From Pecten maximus (lineage: Eukaryota): DNA of 64,000 nucleotides. Position numbers and translations under genes: made by a program. The stretch spans positions 13,082,001 to 13,146,000 of the forward strand of contig NC_047029.1 in NCBI RefSeq assembly GCF_902652985.1, in the 5' to 3' direction. Each line of letters begins with the position of its first letter. Position 1 is the stretch's first letter. A model generated the notes under the pieces. That model searched no databases. It had not been told where the DNA came from and was given only the letters and a program-made list of their open reading frames with translations. This document shows, one piece after another, positions 59,662-64,000 of the stretch.

Positions 59662-62600
59662 ATGAGTGAAAACGGAGAAGTAAGTATAACGCAACCAACT
59701 CCAAACAAAAAATGTGGTATTTAACTAAATATTTTGTTGAAAATTGTTGAGGTCATTTTCTTTTCCGAAGTAACAAAGTCGAATCACAAACGTTTTTGTT
59801 GAAATTACTGTAGCCGGTAATGTCATTCTGCTGAAAGATTTACAGCTATTGGCAGGCAGCTCAACATTAACAACAATATGTTTCTAGTTTAAGTGTTTCA
59901 CAGCAAGCTATATCCTACCTTAACAATATCATTGGACAGTTGATCATGAGTTGTAGATGTTGTGTCGGACAGATTGGGCACATGTTAATTTTTATCCTGC
60001 AACTGCCACCGCATTGTCGGAATACACCCACCGTATATATTTTTGCTGTATACGGCAGTGACGGAAAACAGCTGTATTTTGGAATCTTAGCACGTGCCTC
60101 AGTTCGACTGACCTACTTCAAAGTGAAACTACGTTTAAAAGGCGAACATATTTCTGTCATTTTTGACACCGTTTCACTTCAAAATGCATGGTCAGTGTCT
60201 TAAAATATAAGCTGTATTTTTGGCTCGGGACAGAAAGACGCCACTTTTGTCTTTATACCCTCGCCAAAATACAGCTTATATTTTAAGACACTGACCATGT
60301 ATTCTCTATATAGCAAGGTCTAATCATAGACTAATGACAGTAATGTATCAAACTGATGAAAAACAACGTTTATATATTGATTAATTTTTTTATAAACATG
60401 CATTCGCACAAAAGTGACACCTGAAACTTGCTGGGAATGTTTTTAAACAATATTCGAACATCTTGTAAGAAGTTTTGATCGGAATTAACCACATGAATCT
60501 GACGTTCTGGAATGTGATAAATAATAATTGCCATTTTACCATGATAGACACTGGAAGTGCCAGAACTGTGTAACAGCCCAAGGTATCTCCACTTGTCATT
60601 TTTTTTATCCTGGGACAGGGGTCGACATTAACGCTTGTCCGATTGTCCGGTACCAGACGAAATTGATGTCGGACAAGTGAAATCATTAAAGTACTTGTCC
60701 GACGGGACAAGTAACAAATCTGTCATTGTGTTTTATTTATGTTATATTCTGAAGTCAAAACTGATTCAATACTCACTGTAAAATGAGTAAAAACTCCTTT
60801 AAATTGTGTTAACCATCGAACGGAAGTGAGTTGCATGCTTATTAAAGCTTCATTCGGAACTACATAGAAATGATGGCCGAGGGCTCTCGAAAACATGTAA
60901 TCGGTATCACTAGTATGTTTGAAACGCATGCGAATGCTGTACATGTGAGAGCATTGATACTATGACAGATACCGTCTGCTGGAATCGTAATAAAAATGAA
61001 TCAGTTTTGATATAATTAAGGAGGCTACAGATGAAGCAGACTACCGTGCCCTAGAAAACGGTGACATGTTTTAATGTTTTTACAGCAGTAAGTTTGTTTA
61101 TAGTTTAGTCGAACAGTTCTTCATGAAAGTTAATTATTTTAAAGTACTTCATTCATCTGCTTTTAGGTAAAAAAAGGATGGTTTAGTAAAACTTAATAAC
61201 TTGTAATAATGCTTTCTAGCTGTTTTATTGTTGTTAGTAATTATTATGAGTCAAAATTATGGCTTGCAGTGCTTACCTCTACACTATAATAAATCATCTC
61301 GCTGTTTACACATAACAGATGGAAAGTAGAAACACATGTAGGACAAGTGATTATTTCATTCGGACAAGTGAATTTATCTTATAAAGTTAATGTCGACCCC
61401 TGTGGGAATATTCTTCAATTTTTGTATATGTGAATATTTCAGAAGAATGACTTTGCTTATATGGAATCTGACAATATAATATAGTCATTAGGCCTAGTGA
61501 TGATTGCGTAACAAGAGATGTAGTATGTGTTTCAGAGATCAAGATCAGCTTCCAGAGAATCCAGGGACACTGGTGAACATTCAGGAACATCAATAGGAGA
61601 AGATGATAACAATTCTGAACCCTCACATTCACTATCTGTACACTCATCTCGACTGTCAAGGTCCAAGTCTGGCTCTCCATACAACTACAACAACCAGAGG
61701 CGATCAGGCTACTCCAGGTCACGGTCACCACGATCCAGATCGAGATCACCACGTCATCGAAGGAGACGTTCATACAGCAGGTAAACAAACACTGGATTCA
61801 ATTGCTGATGTGGGTGTAACAAACTTAATGTCTGACTTTATTGCATAATGAGTGATGAAAAGTCTACCAATAAGAAAATGTGTAGAATATGGATAATTAT
61901 GATTGTTGAAAAGGTGCATGCTTGCATGTGTTATATTGAATTGAAAATTTTAAGGTTTAACTAAAATAAATTTCACAAGTACTTTTAACATTTGATACGA
62001 TAAAAATTCATCACAATGAACATTAGAATATTTGTCTGTTTGATAAATAGATCTCGCAGTCGAAGCCGATCCCGTTCCAGATCCAGAAGTCCATATGGAG
62101 GTGACAGGAGACGACGGTAAGGACTAAAAGAGCTTGTGAAGTTCACCATCCAGTCTGTTATGCACAAATTATTGCAGACTCATTCTGTATAATATAAGAT
62201 ATGAGTTCTCAAGAAAACTAACAATAAAAAAAATCGCACAACAGATAGCAAATTTTTAGAACTCAATTTTTGGTGTTTTTTGTTATATTTTTTCAGGAAA
62301 CAAAATTTTTAAGAAGTTCAGAAAAAAAATCACTTTACAACAATATAATTTATCTTATTGTTTCTCACAACTCGTTCTTTTGTTTTGTTTTCAGGCCTGG
62401 TAGGAGCAGAAGGTAAAAAGAATTCTTTAAAAGAAGTTTTTTCTCCTTTCCTTGAGTTTGTCCCTGGGTTGTTTTGTTGTCCTACTGGACTGAACATATA
62501 TTGTTGATAGCAGTTGTAATAAAAAGCATGAAAATGATGGAAAGTACAGTATGTCCATGTTTAAATCAAAATTTTATCCATAGTAATATTGGAATACTTT

Positions 62601-64000
62601 TCCATATCAGCAAAACATTTCTTCAAGAATTCATAATATACACTTTGGATGGGGTTAATTTAAACATATTGTTACCAGTGTAGCAAAGTTGGACTTTAAT
62701 TTATGTAAATTGCAGAGACCATGATAGGGGTCGCAGAAATTCATACAGAAGTCGATCCAGAACGCCACCTAGGAGAGGATACAGAGGGAAAAGGGTAAGA
62801 TAATCACTTCTAATTTGTTTGAAACATTAATAATATGTATTAGAAAAGATATAAAAATAAAATGAATTATATATAGTTGATTCAGTACGTTTGTATTAAA
62901 TGATAAACATTTGTTGTCAGAAAGAGCAGGGCATATTTTCTTTATGTGAACATGTAAATTTTTATTTTGTTCAAACGGACCATTAAATTGATAAAAGTTG
63001 TGCAAAACATTTTGCTGTGTTTTCTGTTGACTTTTATTAATAAACTATTATAATTTCAGGACACATCTCCAATGTCAAATAGACGACGACACCAAGGAAA
63101 CCGGGTATGATATGTAATATATTGAAAATTAATACTTTTCTTATGAAATAAGTTATAATAGGATAGGTAATCTTATATATTCGGCCATACCAAGATAACT
63201 ATCAGGTTCTGGGTTCTAGTAGACCACTGGTTTCCTGATAAAGATGCTTTTAGTTTATCAGTGCTTGCTTGTGAAAAAAGTATAAACCGTGAATTATTTC
63301 AAGAGAAGTTGTGTGCTGCCTTCCAGCACAAGAACAGATTGATGGAGACCATATAGATAAAAAGTGAACCAAAGCAGGTCTATCAGATATTAATACTTAG
63401 GTGTTGGCAAAAGTTTGTTTTTAACTTCAAGTTGTAAACATATGCTGCAGGGATTGTTCTCTTAATTGTCTTGCATAACCAGTGTGTGTCGGTCTGGATT
63501 AACGAAATTACAGTGTGGGTTTGTGTTGTTGCTTTACACTTCTAGTTTTAATATCTTGGTCTCCATATAAATGATATCTTTGTTTATACCAACACAATAC
63601 AGATAGGGGTGGATGTATTCTTGACACAGGTTTTTCCATGTCTGTAAGAATCTTGTCCAGACAACTTTTAAAGTTCCACCCAAGTTTGAAATGCAAGTAG
63701 TCATCCCTCACTAATTTGTACACATTGGCTTGATTTTTTTTGTAATCTGCTAATTCTTATGCGAGTTATACCCCTTATAGTTATGATGATGTTCTGAATC
63801 TTGTCCAGACAACTTTATAGTTTTCGTCTTAACTTTACAAAACTTATGTGGACTTATGTTTTGGATTGAGAATTCAGCCATCCTTGGGACGGATCCAGTT
63901 TCTGCATCATTAGCTATTTTTAGGAGAGTCAAGTTTCAATTATTTGTGGTTTCAGGATAACCCAGAACCTACCCGGTGCTTAGGTATTTTTGGATTGAGT
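59662..64000 (+). CDS. TRA2: Transformer-2 (SR-like splicing factor), 5' part; exons 59662-59679, 61536-61780, 62051-62116, 62395-62412, 62716-62794, 63060-63104, 63956->64000
   Basis: Phase-consistent GT-AG exons give MSENGE, an RS domain, then [30 protein letters not shown], matching the TRA2 junction SPMSxRRRHxGNRxNPxPxxCLGVFGLS into the RRM. YY1-like GCCGCCATT at about 59589. Confidence 0.93.
60020..60311. mobile_element. Hairpin element (Crypton-like) in TRA2 intron 1
   Basis: Perfect 34-bp inverted arms at 60187-60220 and 60266-60299. Ends in TATTCTCTATA, the reverse complement of the ATAGAGAATA terminus at about 29522. Confidence 0.65.
60616..61402. mobile_element. Non-autonomous hAT-like element (787 bp) with 5-bp TSD in TRA2 intron 1
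   Basis: 17-bp perfect TIR CAGGGGTCGACATTAAC / GTTAATGTCGACCCCTG, TSD TGGGA (60611-60615, 61403-61407), subterminal GGACAAGT repeats. Confidence 0.88.
63590..63870. mobile_element. Possible old HINE-type repeat relic in a TRA2 intron
   Basis: Two copies of GAATCTTGTCCAGACAACTTT about 150 bp apart, resembling the TTGTCCGGACAAC unit motif of the 20723 element. Confidence 0.35.

Overview
AT-rich, intron-containing eukaryotic genomic DNA. The repeat content (V- and Meta-domain tRNA-SINEs, a HINE/Helentron, DIRS and CR1 relics) points to a bivalve mollusc, possibly a scallop; this is an inference. Main content: (1) Five tandem three-coding-exon MFS transporter paralogs of the MFSD4/NaGLT1 type on the + strand. 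Copy 1 carries a +1 frameshift, copy 2 is split by a 3.6-kb foldback palindrome, copies 3-5 are intact, and the copies are patchworks of one another. (2) About 18 kb of nested transposon debris between copies 2 and 3: Tc1/mariner relics, a HINE, SINEs, a TIR-bounded DDE+SWIM transposon with CTCF-like subterminal motifs, a SAP-YqaJ exonuclease relic and a DIRS gag relic. (3) A 47-bp satellite. (4) A minus-strand CR1-type LINE with three ORFs (SGNH esterase, PHD ORF1, intact APE-RT ORF2 lacking an AUG before its endonuclease start), with three copies of a conserved stem-loop between and after the ORFs. (5) The 5' part of a transformer-2 (TRA2) gene, head-to-head with that LINE. The best candidates for something undescribed are the three-ORF LINE with its repeated RNA motif and the giant foldback element. 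All family assignments come from motif recognition by eye; no searches were run.
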